Shown: positions 32,401 to 47,400 of the stretch, one piece after another | Numbering within the stretch: the stretch's first letter is position 1 | Layout of the letters: every line of letters begins with the position of its first letter | DNA from: Obrimoposthia wandeli | Taxonomy: Eukaryota | Direction: 5' to 3' | Assembly (NCBI GenBank): GCA_977020255.1 | Contig: CDROCS010005550.1 | Span: forward strand, 372,001-436,000 | DNA length: 64,000 nucleotides | Translations under genes and position numbers: made by a program | The notes under the pieces: generated by a model | Told to the model about the DNA's origin: nothing | The model's database searches: none | The model's input: the letters and a program-made list of their open reading frames with translations, nothing else

Positions 32401-35400
32401 AGAAGACAAACGACGATGAAGTTGCACCAGCGTCTACATCACAAGCATTGTAAGCCTTATAAACGTTGAAAACATATGGTTCGCATAATGATATGGAAAT
32501 ACGTAAAACATGTATTAATTTGCCAAAACAATCTAAACTTGACGGTTTTTTTAAAGTTAATACAATAAAATATTTTCTATTGTTTTCTCTGTGAAATTAT
32601 AACTTTTTTTGACACAAATTGTTATGTAGATATGTGATTAACACTACGGTTACATATTTTATTCAATAATCGGTTAGTTCGCCATTGTGTTGTTGTCCCA
32701 AATGTTGATTAAATAACCGTGTTTCACTGGTCAATAAATCATAAATATTCAGAATATTTTGGAATGTTCTTAATAAATGAAGTCATAATGGAGCATAAAG
32801 TAGAGATTATCTTAACATATAGTAGATTATGAAACTGTTATTCTTTATGAAAAAGATTGGGAATCACAGTAAAACACAAAAATGAAAACAAAAAGTGTAG
32901 TGTTTGTTGTTAAACAGTTATATTTTATCCGTTTTCCAAAGTAGATTTTATCATTCGTAACATTGTCTCCTTGACTTTTTCAACATTGTCACAGTTTCTT
33001 ATGTTCGTCAGTATATTGTGGTTAAAAATTCAAATATTTTTTCACTCTGTTTGTTATTTGAGACTTTCTCAGCCGATCTGCAGTTATCAGGCTCGAGCAG
33101 TTCATATAAACAATTGGGCTTTTGTGAGATAATTCATTTTTATATTAAATTTTTAAAGCTTCCTTAAATTTTAATTTGTATTAACCTTGAATTTAGTCGA
33201 TTGTTGCAAACGGGTTATGGAGATAAAATAAATTCCCTCTTTGGGTACAAATTGTTTTCAGCTTAATTAGTTGCAGAGAAAAACGATATTATATGATCTG
33301 TAGTGAGCTCTGGTGAATAATTTAATTCCAATGGTGATTCTTTTTCGCAATTTATAACTCTCCCAACTAATGTCCGGACAATGAAAAATATCACAGAATC
33401 GTCGCCCCTTCCAGAAATTCTCTGTGTAAGCAATTGTAGGTATAACAAGAATAACATCGCGGAACTCGCTCAGACCGGAAACCACTATAATGAAATAAAC
33501 GATCGCTGGACCGCTCGAAATGGTCAGGAGACTGCCACTTCCGTTGCATATCTAATCATCATGACCTCATATGTGCACTATCACTACCGCCGACTTCGCT
33601 AAATAATGAAGTATAAATATACTTGAAAACATTATTGTGACCTTAGATGTACTTTGAGTTTAAATTTTTTTTCAATTGGTTACTTTTGTGCTGCAACTAA
33701 AAAATAAAATTGTAAATCCAATTAATTATTAATATTTATAACAGTTATTGCATAATAAAACTAATTTAATACCATTTAAAGGTATATATTTTAAATAAAA
33801 TTTTAACAAATGTTAAGTTTTTCTGTAAATGTTTCTTAGATATTTATTTTTACAAACTTTTTTAAGATAAAATTGAAACGTTATAAAAAAACATCAAACT
33901 GAACATCTTTATAAATCCAAGAATCAGTGGTTAACCATTGTTTCATTTTTGTCAATTTCTGAATTGAATTCTTTCTAATTGTATGATCCACCAAAACACG
34001 TCCTCATTATCTGACCAAAATGTGACATTTGTTATACTCATTATCCATACGTATGTTTATACTGCAAATTTTCATCCTCCAGTAGTTACCTTTTAACTGT
34101 TTTACTTTCATTTTGGTTATTAAATCTTGCATAGCTTACCGATAACGTGAAATAACACCATGTAACACCCTATTAGTTTTAAAAGCGATTTCTAGACATT
34201 CAAGTAGACATATAATGATGCAAATTTCAAATCTACAATAATTTTGATATTATTTATATGTTGGGGTTTTCTAAAAACTCTCTTTCGGAATACACGTAAG
34301 GGTTCTTCGTGGTTTACCTAGTTAAAAAAGTAATTTGAAGGTGTAGGTTGAATTGAAAATGTTTTTCGGTAGTGAGTAGCGAATACTATTGGTGGGAGTA
34401 ACTTATTCTCAGTTTACAACATATTCAATAAGAAACTGAGTGAGTTAATGTTTTGTCATTGTTTTATTTCAATAGTTATGACAACAATTACAAAAACGAA
34501 CTATTAAAATGTGAATTATGAATTAAATCGTTATACATGTCTTTTGTTACATCCAACAAATATAAGAGGAGATTGATTACTTTACCTGATAATTGATCAA
34601 CAAAGATTTTAGTTAAACGAGTCATTAGAAAACTGATTGCTTTAGGGATAACTGATAATTAAATGAAAATAATGTTGAACTGCTTTTGAGTACTTTTTAC
34701 GACTGTTTGATCAATCTCTTATCGGAATGTCCACTGTTGTCTGCTCGTATTGCGTTCTTCGCTTCTGATATTTCAGCTGAGACCCGTTCCTTAAAATCAA
34801 GTATGTTTGTACTATTGTTTGTCTGTCTGATAGTTCGGCTGAGATCGATTTCTTGTTGTCTAGCCGGTTCCACGCTGCTGCTCAAAGATCTGGTTGCTCT
34901 GATTTTGTCAATTTAAATTGTGGAAACAACGTTTTTACCCATTGGTTTGATTGATAGGTATTGGTTTCGATATCGACTGATGCTTTGTTGATTAAATTTC
35001 AGCTGAAAATGTTGCTTAAACTTGATGCTCAGTATGATTTCGGGGGAACCATTCGAATAAATTTTCGGCTACAGAATATTTGATTAAATACAAATGTTAT
35101 ATTTTTTTGTATCGAGAGAAATACTTCCAGTCCAATTACAAATCGATTTGTATTCAAAGTGTTTTTAAAAATATTTTGTACAATAATTGTTATATATTTT
35201 TTTCTGTAAGACGCAAAAAAGACTGAATCTGTTATAATAATAGTTATGTTTTCCTTCGTAAACATAATACAAAAGTCAGATTCTACAAACATAAGATCTA
35301 TTCATTTATATATGATGTTTATGAACAAATTATCCCAGTAATATATTTCCAGTTTCTGATTACATAACTACTCCCTTTACTATTCAAACTTGCACTTCTT

Positions 35401-38400
35401 CAGCCATTCGATTCTCCTAGGGAGGATTCCTCTTGGAAACTGAATTGATACCTGTCGTGGACTCTAAAATTATATTATTCTATATTGGCCTTCATACTGG
35501 TCGCTGTTCTTGCTTCTTTAAATTGGATCCTTTTTAATCAGCACATTTTCATTATCTTTAAATATCCTTTCCCATCTTCTTTCATTATCAACTTCTCTAA
35601 CTTTACAGCTGTGATTTGTTGGTTCTTCCTTATGTCTTAAATGATATCTTCTTTGTTGTTGCACTTGATGTTTGGATTTTTCTTTCTCATACGGTGATTG
35701 TTTTTGAAGAACTATTTATTGTTGGATTTATAGAAAATTAAATTTGTGACAATAAATCGTGCCAACACTTTTCTATTTTAGTAGACGCCATCAAAACCAA
35801 ATTTTCATAGGCAATTATAAAAATAATTTACAGTAAATATTCGACTTCTATCTTCGTCTTAGGTTTCCTAAATTTATATATGTCCAATTCATCTCGAGTC
35901 CTTTGCTAATTGTTATTTATTTTTCTTTTGTAATTGCTAATAGTGATATCAGTTTACTAGATCGATCGATTACTATCAACATATATTTATTTTTCTTATC
36001 TTTCTTCCTTCATGTGGGCTATATGTACAACTATTTGATCTAAAAAAATTCTTAGATTAGGAATATACACGTTGTCCCAGAAGTAAGGTTTTTTTTTTTT
36101 AAGGATGTTTTAACCTTGATTTTAATTGTTTTTCTGACATTGAGTTTTTTCGCCCTTTTGACACCCATTCGTGCTTAATATTTGCTCAAATTAGAAAATA
36201 AGTAATAATTTTTTAAAATTCTTATTTTTAGTTTGTAATATTTCACATTATATGCTTGATCAAGATATTTAAAAATGTGATTTTAAATGAAATGTTGAGA
36301 TTGAACAAAAATACTATATTAAAAGTTATCATTTTTGTTAAATAAATAAATTATACTTAAAAATAATTTAAAAGCATTAACTTTTTATATGAACATAATA
36401 TAGAATTATAGGCACACAAACTTTCAAATCAAAGATTATATATACTTTTATGCATTATGTACTTTTATATATACAAAAATGTTCAATTTAACGGTGATAC
36501 CTAAAATGAACGGTGATATAATTTTTTCAAGAAATTCACGTTTTGTGGACTTAAAATGTATTAACCATTTAGTTTTAACTTTCTAAAATTTTAGAATCTT
36601 TTTACAATATATATGTCCTGCTAAAAGTGTTAGTGAAGCTATCTTCTATCTCATTTAAACGAAATTTCTATGGAACTGATGATGATTTAAATTTGAATGA
36701 TGAAATATTTCAGAATATGCTGATATTTATGACATAATACGAAAACAAGATGTGATTCAAAAGTAATTTATTTTGCATTATATAACCTACATATTTTTTT
36801 TTAAAAACCAGTTTTGATTCAATTTTCAATATTTAGGAATATTTAAACAGAGTAAATTTTAATTCCAAATTTTCAAAGTTTTTACCGATATTTAGCAGTT
36901 ATGAATGATATCTATTTTTAGTAATATTATTACATTTATTTAAAATTGATTATTTTAATATTCAGGGATGCTCAGTTGGGATTTGTTCCTTGGTAGATTA
37001 GAATTTAAACCCGACTCATAAATTTGACATAAAAAAGATTCCCACCTAAACATGATAATTTTGCAATTAAAATTAGAATATTTTTTCGCTCAAAATTGCT
37101 GGGAATAGGATATCTTAGAAATTGATTGGGTACAGTATTTGGGAAACATTAATTGTGTAGAAATGTTGGAGTTAAGCTCTTTCCTGTGGTAAATAATCAA
37201 ATAAGTCAGCTAATATCCGGACAAATGATGAGATACACAATTTCTGAATGGTATTACATTTTGGTGGCATTGTGGAGATTTTCCAGCTGCTGGGGTTTAT
37301 TTTCATCAATGAAACAATGCGATTTACTTCTCAGAGTTTTAAAAACTGAATTGTCCTTCAGAGAAATTCTTATTTCATTAGGTTTTCTGTTATTTGTTGT
37401 TTTCTCTAAATAAATACTTAAAAATAAGAATAATTAATTAGAATATGATTATTTTCCCCAAATATCACTTTTCTAGACAGGTATTTCATTTATGAAAATC
37501 AGGGTCGTGGAGTCGTAAGTCGGAGTTTTAAACAATTTTGGGGAACTATTAATAAAACTATTTTTCGATTAAGTAATGCAGGATAGTGATTGATCATTTT
37601 CGATTCGACGTTTTTCTACATCTGCTCACAATGTACAACACCTTCAAAATTCCATTAAGCACATAGCAACACTTTTTTTCTCGAACTTTCCTTGATGACG
37701 TCTGTTTTTCCACTCACCTTTACCTAGCCATTGGTTTTTGTCATCAGGATTACGATAAGTCGGAGGCGTAATAATGTTCTCCTACTCAGACTCCAAAATA
37801 TAAAAATTACACAATTGTAATTCGATACGAGTTGGATATTTTTATCACCATTATCAGTGCAATTTTATTTGATCAACAGTTAGAGAGATAGATGGCCCGT
37901 GCTTAAGGATCTTAATAATCGTTTGTTATCTAAATTTGAAATTACACCTTGGTTCAGAAATTCATGGGCCTGTCATTTGTTTATTCTAAAAGAGCTTTAG
38001 TTTGAATAAACATTCAGATCTTTCAATTGCAATCAAGACGACGTAGTTATCAATGATGTAGCACCAAAATGGCACGACTATTTCCTTTGTGGCTATCAAG
38101 GCATCGTGGACTACATGAAGGATAAAGGACAGGTAAGTTTCTTCAATGCAATAATTTTTTTTTATTGTACATGTACTAAAATTATGTGATACAATGAACC
38201 GATATATGATTTTTTTAATATCGTTTATATATGTTTCATTGTCAAAACAGCCTTATTGTTACAAGTAAACCCATGTAAACGCCTCCCAGACATTTTGCCG
38301 AATGGATATTTCACCGACGGACATTAGGCCGAATGGACAGACGGTTGACATACATTTCACAGAATATAGTTCACTTTATTTAAACAACCTATAAAACAAA

Positions 38401-41400
38401 AGAAGAATAACTTAATATTTCCGTCTTGTGTATGAGTAAATATCATTGATTTTTGTTATAAAATTTCAAAGTAGCTGATCAATACTTTATCAAATTGATT
38501 TAATGTTTAATAATTTAATACAGAGGTTTCTGCGAATGTGAATGATAACAACTTCTCAACTTCCTATGCATTCACATTTCCTATTGATTAAATTTTCTTT
38601 ATCAATGATGTAAGCGTAGCCATTAAAAAACTTTTTTGTTATCTCATGTAGTTTGTATACATTTTACAATATTAAAAAAAACATTTTAAAACATTTCTTA
38701 CTTGATGGCAAACAGTGTTTTGCACAATCTTTATAAATTTTATACAAAATCTACTAAAGTTAGTTACATTCGGTGAAATGTCTGTCTGTCGGTCATCTGT
38801 CCGTTCAGTCTAATGTCCGTCAGTGAAATATCTGACCACGATATTTACAACATTTTCAAAATATAGTATTTTCATTTGAAAATATGGTACTCATTCTTTT
38901 AATTGAAATCTGGTAACTACTGAAAAGTTAGCAAATTTCTCAAAATTTTGCTCGTCAAAATATTAACGACTTATTTGGCCATATACAGTTAACGGAATAC
39001 TTAGTTAAAGTAAAACCATTGTTTTTTTAATCTCAATCGTACACAGATCAATATTCTCTTTCAAATTCATATTGTTTTGGTTTTGAATATTTCACACTTG
39101 TAAACCTAAATTTTCAAATTTTTACAGACGTCTTATTTGGCCCATAAAATATCAAAACAAACTTTAAATAAAATACATTATAACAGGGTGCAAATGAAAA
39201 TCTGTACTAGTGTAACAATTCATTTTCCAAAGATTCTTATTTCAATTGTTGCATCATTGTTGCTTAATAATCGGAAATAACATTGTTGAGTATCAAGTAC
39301 ACCATCTGGCACATTCAAATCATTCAGTAATCAAGTATTTTCAGAGTTGGACATTGTATAATATTCTCAATCAATATGAACAGAGAGATGCAAGAGGAAG
39401 AGCTTCGGGGTTTGGAAGAGTTGCTGAGAAAAGGGATGATAATTGTAAGTCTTAGCTAGTTAGAATGAAGGAAAACCACAGAATCAATTAGCATCAAACT
39501 TTGCAATCACCCAACAATACTTATATAATTCTAAAAAAGGCCTTCATGCTTAAAAAAATCATTAAATCCCACTTGTGTCTGAAGCTCAAAAAGATACTCA
39601 GAAAAAGATTTGCAAATATCAATCCTCTCATGCTTCATAAAGACATTCTTGACATTGTTATGGATGATAAAACATGATACTCTGAAGCATGACAAAGTTC
39701 CTTTTACTATCCATTATGTTCTATTAAAAAAGCAAACTGCAACTAAAAGAAAATTTCAATTGAAGCTGATGTTGTGGATTGCTATCTTACCACGTGGTAT
39801 ATCAAATAACGATGCATAATAAAGCGACATCTTTTTCAAATTTTATTCTTGCAAAACATTTTTTTGTTATTTTTTATGAAGCTACATTTTCTATTTTTAC
39901 ACTTTGATGTATTTGTATTCAAACATAATTGCCAACTATTGTTGCAGTGGAGTGGAGTGGGCTGCTCTATTATCACAAAGTTTATTAACTCAAATTTGGA
40001 AAAAGTACGAATTGGTCGTAGTGGCGATGATCTGTAAAATTTCCCCGCCGTTGCTAGATCGATATCTAGCGTCTAAAATTGGTTTAAATTTACATTATCG
40101 ACATCTCCCTTCTAGACAGTACCTCATAAGTCCATATTCGTGCTTGCCAGTGGCAGTGTACCCCCAAACGCGGGCTTGTCAAGCAGTAGTGCATTGGTGG
40201 TGTGTGCTGCATTGGTGGTTATGGCCGTGTTCGGACTTGACATAGAGACGGTTAGTGAAGTAGATATATAGTTGTAGAAAAACCTGCTGGAGTCTCATAA
40301 CCCCAGAAATGATAACATCGAAACTAAAATTTTACTGTTTCAAAATGCCGAAATTATAATTTTTTCTGATAATAATAGTAAAAATAATTTAGTTGGCGTT
40401 ATTTTTTACACAAAAACAATGAGAATTTTCGGTGTTGTGAAAGAGTGAAATTTAAATTTCAATCTTTTGAAGATCGAAAATATATATTTCCCGTTTTTAA
40501 AAGTGTTTCTAAGCGTTTCTAATTATTTCCCCCAATTTATACAATCTATCTTATTATACTTTCAATTTAAGATAAATAATCCTTAAATTGATCACAGTTA
40601 AGGAAAAGAAAATTTCAAATGAAACTCGATTAAAATTAATACAAACCTTAGAAAAAGGATTTTGAAAGCTGCATAGATTTTCAGTTTTTTTTCACAACAG
40701 TCGTTTTTTTACAGCTTAAGGCTCTTAGAAGTTCATATTGAGTTCATCAAAGTACTATTACCACTTATAAAATTAACATATTGGAAACAACTATCATATT
40801 TACATATTTGGACAATGGAAGAACCTTGTTAGCACATCCAATCCAACAAGGGAGGATGAATTACCAACTCATAGCCAATCATTTCATAATATCATCACAA
40901 AAACACGGTGTTCAAATTACGATAATCCCTGTATGAATAATGCAAATTTTGTATACTTATTTGTTATTTTTATTGGTTTCGTAATTAAATTAGTTAAACT
41001 TATAATATATTTTAATCGTTTTACAATTACAGGCACTAGTCGGACTTTGCCACGTAAACATTAAACATTACAAAAAATGGCGATTACAGCTGTTTTTATT
41101 TATTTTGAAATAAATATTTAAAACCTAATTATTAAATAAGAAGTATATAGAAATATAATTATAATAATTAAAAATATTAAAAATAACAAAATAATTACAA
41201 TATAAAATATTCCAAGTTTAACAGTGATAATTTATTCTAAGTCTTTTAATTTATAATTATTATTAATTGAAATATATTGTAATATTTTGTTATGGAGCTA
41301 ATTATGTTTAATTACGATATATTTACATGCGATAATATGCATAAATGCGAAGAACTTCAAAAATATGGTATTTTTAATACTTTAATTATCAAATAGGACA

Positions 41401-44400
41401 ATTTAGAGTTTATTCATAAGTAATAAACCTGTAGATATATTTATTACTTAATTATTAATTATGAATAATTAATATAAATAAAGTAAATAATTAAATTACA
41501 TTTAATATTAAATATTTAATACAATAGTTTACTGACAAATACTCAATAGTTTATATTCTGAAAAAAATTATAAACGTGGAGGTTAGTAAAATATTCAAAA
41601 GTAACTGAATTTAGATAAACATAAACAAAGTTCTGGCTACGTCTGACTTCAGACCAATTACAATTAAAACTTTTAAGAACTAACAATATTTGTTTGATAA
41701 TTAAATTAAGACATTTAAACAATGTAGAGTGAATGTAGAAAGAATGAGTCTACTTTTGGGGAAATTTGGGTTAACATCATTTTATGTGCCTTTAATAAGT
41801 AGACTTGTTTGAATGCAGTGGGTTAAATAAAGCTGTTGACATATTTGTCTACTTTTAGAACTAAAATTATAGGTCAAGGTTTAAAAATTTGGGACGCGGT
41901 TTGTGATAGAAATGAATTAAATTAGACGAAACAACTTTTATGTATGTATAGTTAAGCTACATGAAAGTCATATAGTTATATATATTTTTTAACGTTGGGT
42001 CACAGAAAAGCACAAATCAACCAACTGAAAATTCCTAAATTAAAAAAATTTATGCACACATAAAAATTCTCCTTCTAAGGAAAAGAAGTAAATTTTTTTG
42101 CATCTTGATGACAAAATAATTCTAATGTTCAAAAGAAACTCGACAAATACATCATTCGAAGTGATACAACAACAAAAATCTGATCTTATAATTTTCATCT
42201 TCGTTAAAAATCCAACTATTCGCTTTTTAGTGACACCTCAATTACTCGTCAGCTGCAAATCGTTAAATCATTCTTATAATAATTCTTTATTTATTCTTTA
42301 TATACTATTTTTGTATTAAGCTAATACATTTAGCAGATATATGCTATTTGGTTGAGGTGACAAAATAAAAGTTATTATTTTTTACGTCTCGTTAATCAAA
42401 GTACATTGTGATTCATTGAATGCTTTATTCTGTTGTGTTTGTGTGTTTGTGTGTGTGTGTGCGTATGTGTGTGTTTATGTTTGCTGTATTGGTTATTATT
42501 GGTTATTATAGCTAAAGAATGTAAACTTCAGGTTTTCTAGATGAGACTTATACAATGTAGATAATGGAAGTTGGCAAATTAAATCCGTACTTGAAGTTTC
42601 GATAAGGATAGCTGGGATTTGGAGCGTAGTTGTATCAGGTAAAGCCCATGATTATAATTGAAGATGTAACGTCCGCAACGTATTCTCAAATTCTAAATGG
42701 GTACGATGTGTGGCTTTATTCATTGAAGTCGCACCTTCTATGTTTAGTAAGCATAACTGGTGATGTGAGATGGACCTACAATGAGGAAGCTGAACAGGGT
42801 TTTCTTTTCTCGCTATACGACACACAATATCACTTGCCTGTCTTGTTCGCTGGATAGTAGATGGCAATATTAATCTTGTCAATAATATTTACAAATGCTG
42901 AGAATGGTGAAGGATTAATTGAAAAAGTATGGATTCAATAAATTCTCTTTTAGGACAATGGTTGACTTCATACGGTTGTATTTCTTCATCATCCTTAGTC
43001 ATCAGAGAGACCTTTATTTATTCAGCCCATTCAAATCATCACGAAGGAGAAATCGATGAAATCGACAATGCCATCAATCATATGGGTTTGGAAGCCAGTC
43101 AACCGAAGTATTAGACAAGCATCAAATGTTTAAAAGCCATATATAGATGATGTATATATTATGCTCATAAACTTTATATATTTTGCTGTTTCACTAATAC
43201 TGTTTCAAAGAGTTAACCGACATCTATGTAAATATATTCAAAATTAGGGATAAATGGTTGGGCATTATGCATAATTTTAATATTTTCAACCTTTTTATAC
43301 CAGTGTTTACTGTTTGTTTAAGTATATTATATATTAGAAACCTTCATCATATTTCGTCTAAGAACAGATTTACTTACACATTTTCGAATGTTTACATTGA
43401 TACTTGCTCGAGGGATGCATTTTTCTCGGATATTCTTTTTTCAAAACATTTTTTTTACAATATTCATATTGGCCTTTTAAATTTTTGATATGGTTGTTGG
43501 GAGCCCTGTTTTTTTACAATCATGAGAAAATCCTATTAATATTAAATTAATATAAATGAAAATATGAATATCAGTTAATTTACCCAGTTGTCAGTATAAA
43601 AGTAAGTATTATTTTTCTAATATATTTGTCGCTCTAATATACAAATAAACAATGCGGTTATTGCGACTATATTTGTTATTAATTTGTAATATTTTCATTG
43701 TCACCTCTTCATCCATTCAGAGGGAGCTCGCTCGAATATGTGCGCGCAGTGAGCGGTACATAGGCACTCAAGGAGGGGGTATGGACCAGTGCATCTCTTT
43801 GATGGCTCAGCCAGGATCGGTTAGTAACAACACACAGGGTCACATTCGGTGAAATCGGATCAATGAAAGATTTACGATCCAGTATGCACATAAATAAAAA
43901 CAACACTTTAAATGGAGAATTAGTTTGACATTTCTTGGTTAATGTGTCTATTTTAAAAGTTATTTTGGTTAATGTATATATTTTAAAAGTTATTATGTAT
44001 TATTTATATATATAGTCATGTATTTTAGGCGCATAAATGTAACAGCTACACACAAATCACAATTAAGTTGCTTCCTGATTTCCATTATTTTTTAAAATAT
44101 TTTCTAAATAGTAAAGTTCAAGTGCTTCTTGAATTTGGCAATATTCTTACAGTTTCTTATATTCATATATAAATTATTGTAAAGAGTATAAATTTCAAAC
44201 ATTCCATTCAGTGATTATCACTGAATCAGGCTAGTGAAGATCATATACATTTTTCGGGCTTTTGTGAGAGAATACATTTTTTGATATTTAGTATGACCTT
44301 AAAATCAATTTTGTCATTGATCGACAGACAATGGAGATTCATTAAGTGTTAGCTTATTTTAGAACTTTTTTTTAATTTGAATATAAATCTGACGGATTTG

Positions 44401-47400
44401 TTAAAAAAATTCTTTAGGTGATTTTATTGATAAGCTAAAATATTAAACTGTACATTTTTTTTTGGAAAACAAGCCTTGATGTAATAATCGCATCTTATTT
44501 TCACTACATTAATTTGACAATTCAGTGTAGTATTTTCATCAGTAATGCAACCAATGTTCTTTATTTTAGTATTTTAATTAATAATATTTTCAACACCATG
44601 TAGTAAGGTTGCATGCGACCATTTAAAAAAAATTGAATACTTGCTGAAGAGGTACATGTATCGTGTGTAGATAGAAGCGAGTTAATCAAAGTATCCTCCA
44701 AAGTATCGAAATATTGGTCCAAAACAACTTTTCACTGCTACCTTCATTAAAAGTAATCGCTGTTTTAACTGTCACTATTCTAAATGCAATGAAATTGTAT
44801 GGATTAAAATGTAGTACAAAATCTGTTTATCGAAACAAAATAGTTGAAAAAGAATTTGAAAAATTTCATTCTAGTGTCGACTTCTTAAGCAATATTTAAG
44901 GTTGGTCTGTTAAAGAGATGTAAACAGGTTTCTCTAAATAAAATTCAGATAAATTTATTCTAAAGTCGGAAAAATAAAACCTTCAAAATTAGGAACGTTT
45001 AACAAATTAGCTATTTTGGTAGACAGACGAAACTCTCATTTCTCTCTGGTAGAATAAGATTTGCAACCCATGTTCTAGTATATCACTCATTAAAATATTT
45101 ACTTCATGTTTCAATTATTTCCAGGCAATGCGGATCGATTTCTCAGAACCAGAAGTCGGTACTGAATTAATTGAGCTCCCTTCTGACTCAATGATCGTGG
45201 TTACAAATTCCGGTGAGCAAATGAACAAGGCGGCCTCTGCACAATTCAATATGCGCGTTGTCGAGTCTCGGCTCGTTGCAAAGGTCAGTAGTTAACTAAA
45301 AGATACATGGTACAACTTCGATATGACACAGTTTCGATTTGAAACAACCTTGATATGACACAACCTCGATATGACACAATTTCGATATGATACGACCTTG
45401 ATATTACACAACCTCGATATGACACACCGTCGACATGACACACCCTCGATATGACACAACCTCGATATGATACAACATTATACTACACCAAGGCAATAGG
45501 TACCCACGGGGATACCCTTTACTGCAAAACCATTTTTGGCCTCATTTGCATGATTTCAAGACATTTTCAAATATCGCGCTATTTCCTATCGTTTAAATCA
45601 AAATTTAAATAGGGTGCCAAAGTCTCCCTTGCGGAGCCTCCTAAGAGGGGAGCCCTGGAAGACCGGGCATCATCTTTGGCAAAGAATATATTTAAAATAC
45701 TTTCGTTTATAGTAAAAATAAATAAATAATTTAAAATCATTTATTCATATAATCACAATACGGCGTCTCATGGTAATAGTAGTATTGCATGTCTCCAATG
45801 GCTATTAAATGTATATTACATTTTTAAAAATAAAACCTTTCTTTGATGATATTAATGATTTTAAGGAAATTATTAAGTTTATGTTAGATTAAAAATTTTA
45901 AAAAATTTGAGTTATAAATGAAAATATGAGAATTCATAACTTAAAATATAAAATTATGAGAATTCTTTAAATATTCAAAATTTTAAAATAATAATAAAAT
46001 CAGAATTTGCTTAAACAGTTAATTTATTCTCAGTTTAATATTTTTGAAAAGTAATTGAAGTATTAGGGTCTTATTTGCATGGGAAATATAATCATATTTT
46101 TTGCTTGTATGAGACTAAATTAAAAGTACTCCCCATTACGTTAATTTTTATAATTTGCGTTAGTTTAGGGTTCGATATTTCATATATTTATTTAATTTGT
46201 TTTCTGTCTTATGCACATTGGAAGTATATTCATATTTCTTGCTTGCTGTAGACAAAATTGAATGTACTCCCCATTACGTGTAAATTAAATGCGTCAGTTT
46301 AGGGTACAAAATTTATGTATTTTTATATAGAATTGAAAGTTGTAATAAAGATATTGTGTTCATATCGAAAGTGATAATTGAAATCTGGTATGCATATTAA
46401 GAGTATAATTTGTAATCTCGTACTCATATTGAAAAAGAAGTCACCGCCCGTATTAAGACTGGTTGTAAATCTCTTCTGAGAGAAAGTGAGATATTTGAAA
46501 TTTTATCAGCTTGTAAGGATAGATTGTAATAGTAAATAAATAGTTAAATCAACAATGGGGTTTTAAATTTAAGCCATTGAAGTAACCATCACACCCCCTT
46601 ATAATCTTGCATAAGAAATAAAATTAGTATTTTTATATAACATTTTATTTTTTAATTTAAATTAAATTTTAAGAAATTAATAAGTTTATGTAAAATTAAA
46701 AATTTGAGTTATAAATAAAAATATGAGAATTCATAACTTAAAATATAAAATTATGAGAATTCTTTAAATATCCAAAATTTTAAAATAATAATAAAATCAG
46801 AGTTTGCTTAAACAGTTAATTTATTCTCAGTTTAATATTTTTGAAAAGTAATTGAAGTATTAGGGTCTTATTTGCATGGGAAATATAATCATATTTTTTG
46901 CTTGTATGAGACTAAATTATAAAGTACTCCCCATTACGTTAATTTTATAATTTGCGTTAGTTTAGGGTTCGATATTTCATATATTTATTTAATTTGTTTT
47001 CTGTCTTATGCACATTGGAAGTATATTCATATTTCTTGCTTGCTGTAGACAAAATTGAATGTACTCCCCATTACGTGTTCATTAAATGCGTCAGTTTAGG
47101 GTACAACATTTATGTATTTTTATATAGAATTGAAAGTTGTAATAAAGATATTGTGTTCATATCGAAAGTGATAATTGAAATCTGGTATGCATATTAAGAG
47201 TATAATTTGTAATCTCGTACTCATATTGAAAATAGTCACCGCCCGTATTAAGACTGGTTGTAAATCTCTTCTGAGAGAAAGTGAGATATTTGAAATTTTA
47301 TCAGCTTGTAAGGATAGATTGTAATAGTAAATAAATAGTTAAATCAACAATGGGGTTTTAAATTTAAGCCATTGAAGTAACCATCACACCCCCTTATAAT

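Noticed and set aside
36963-37020. tRNA-derived SINE (gctcagttgg ... tttaaacccg)
   Set aside because: The A and B box matches are too degenerate and no second copy is in the window.
42512-43114. A ~200-codon + frame interrupted only by TGA (8 times), suggesting TGA recoding or a selenoprotein
   Set aside because: The opposite strand carries gypsy pol-like motifs. Comparison with the homologous copy at 590-775 shows mostly second-position changes in this frame. CDKL uses TGA as its stop.
45311-45488. CRISPR-like short repeats
   Set aside because: 16-bp units are contiguous with no spacers.
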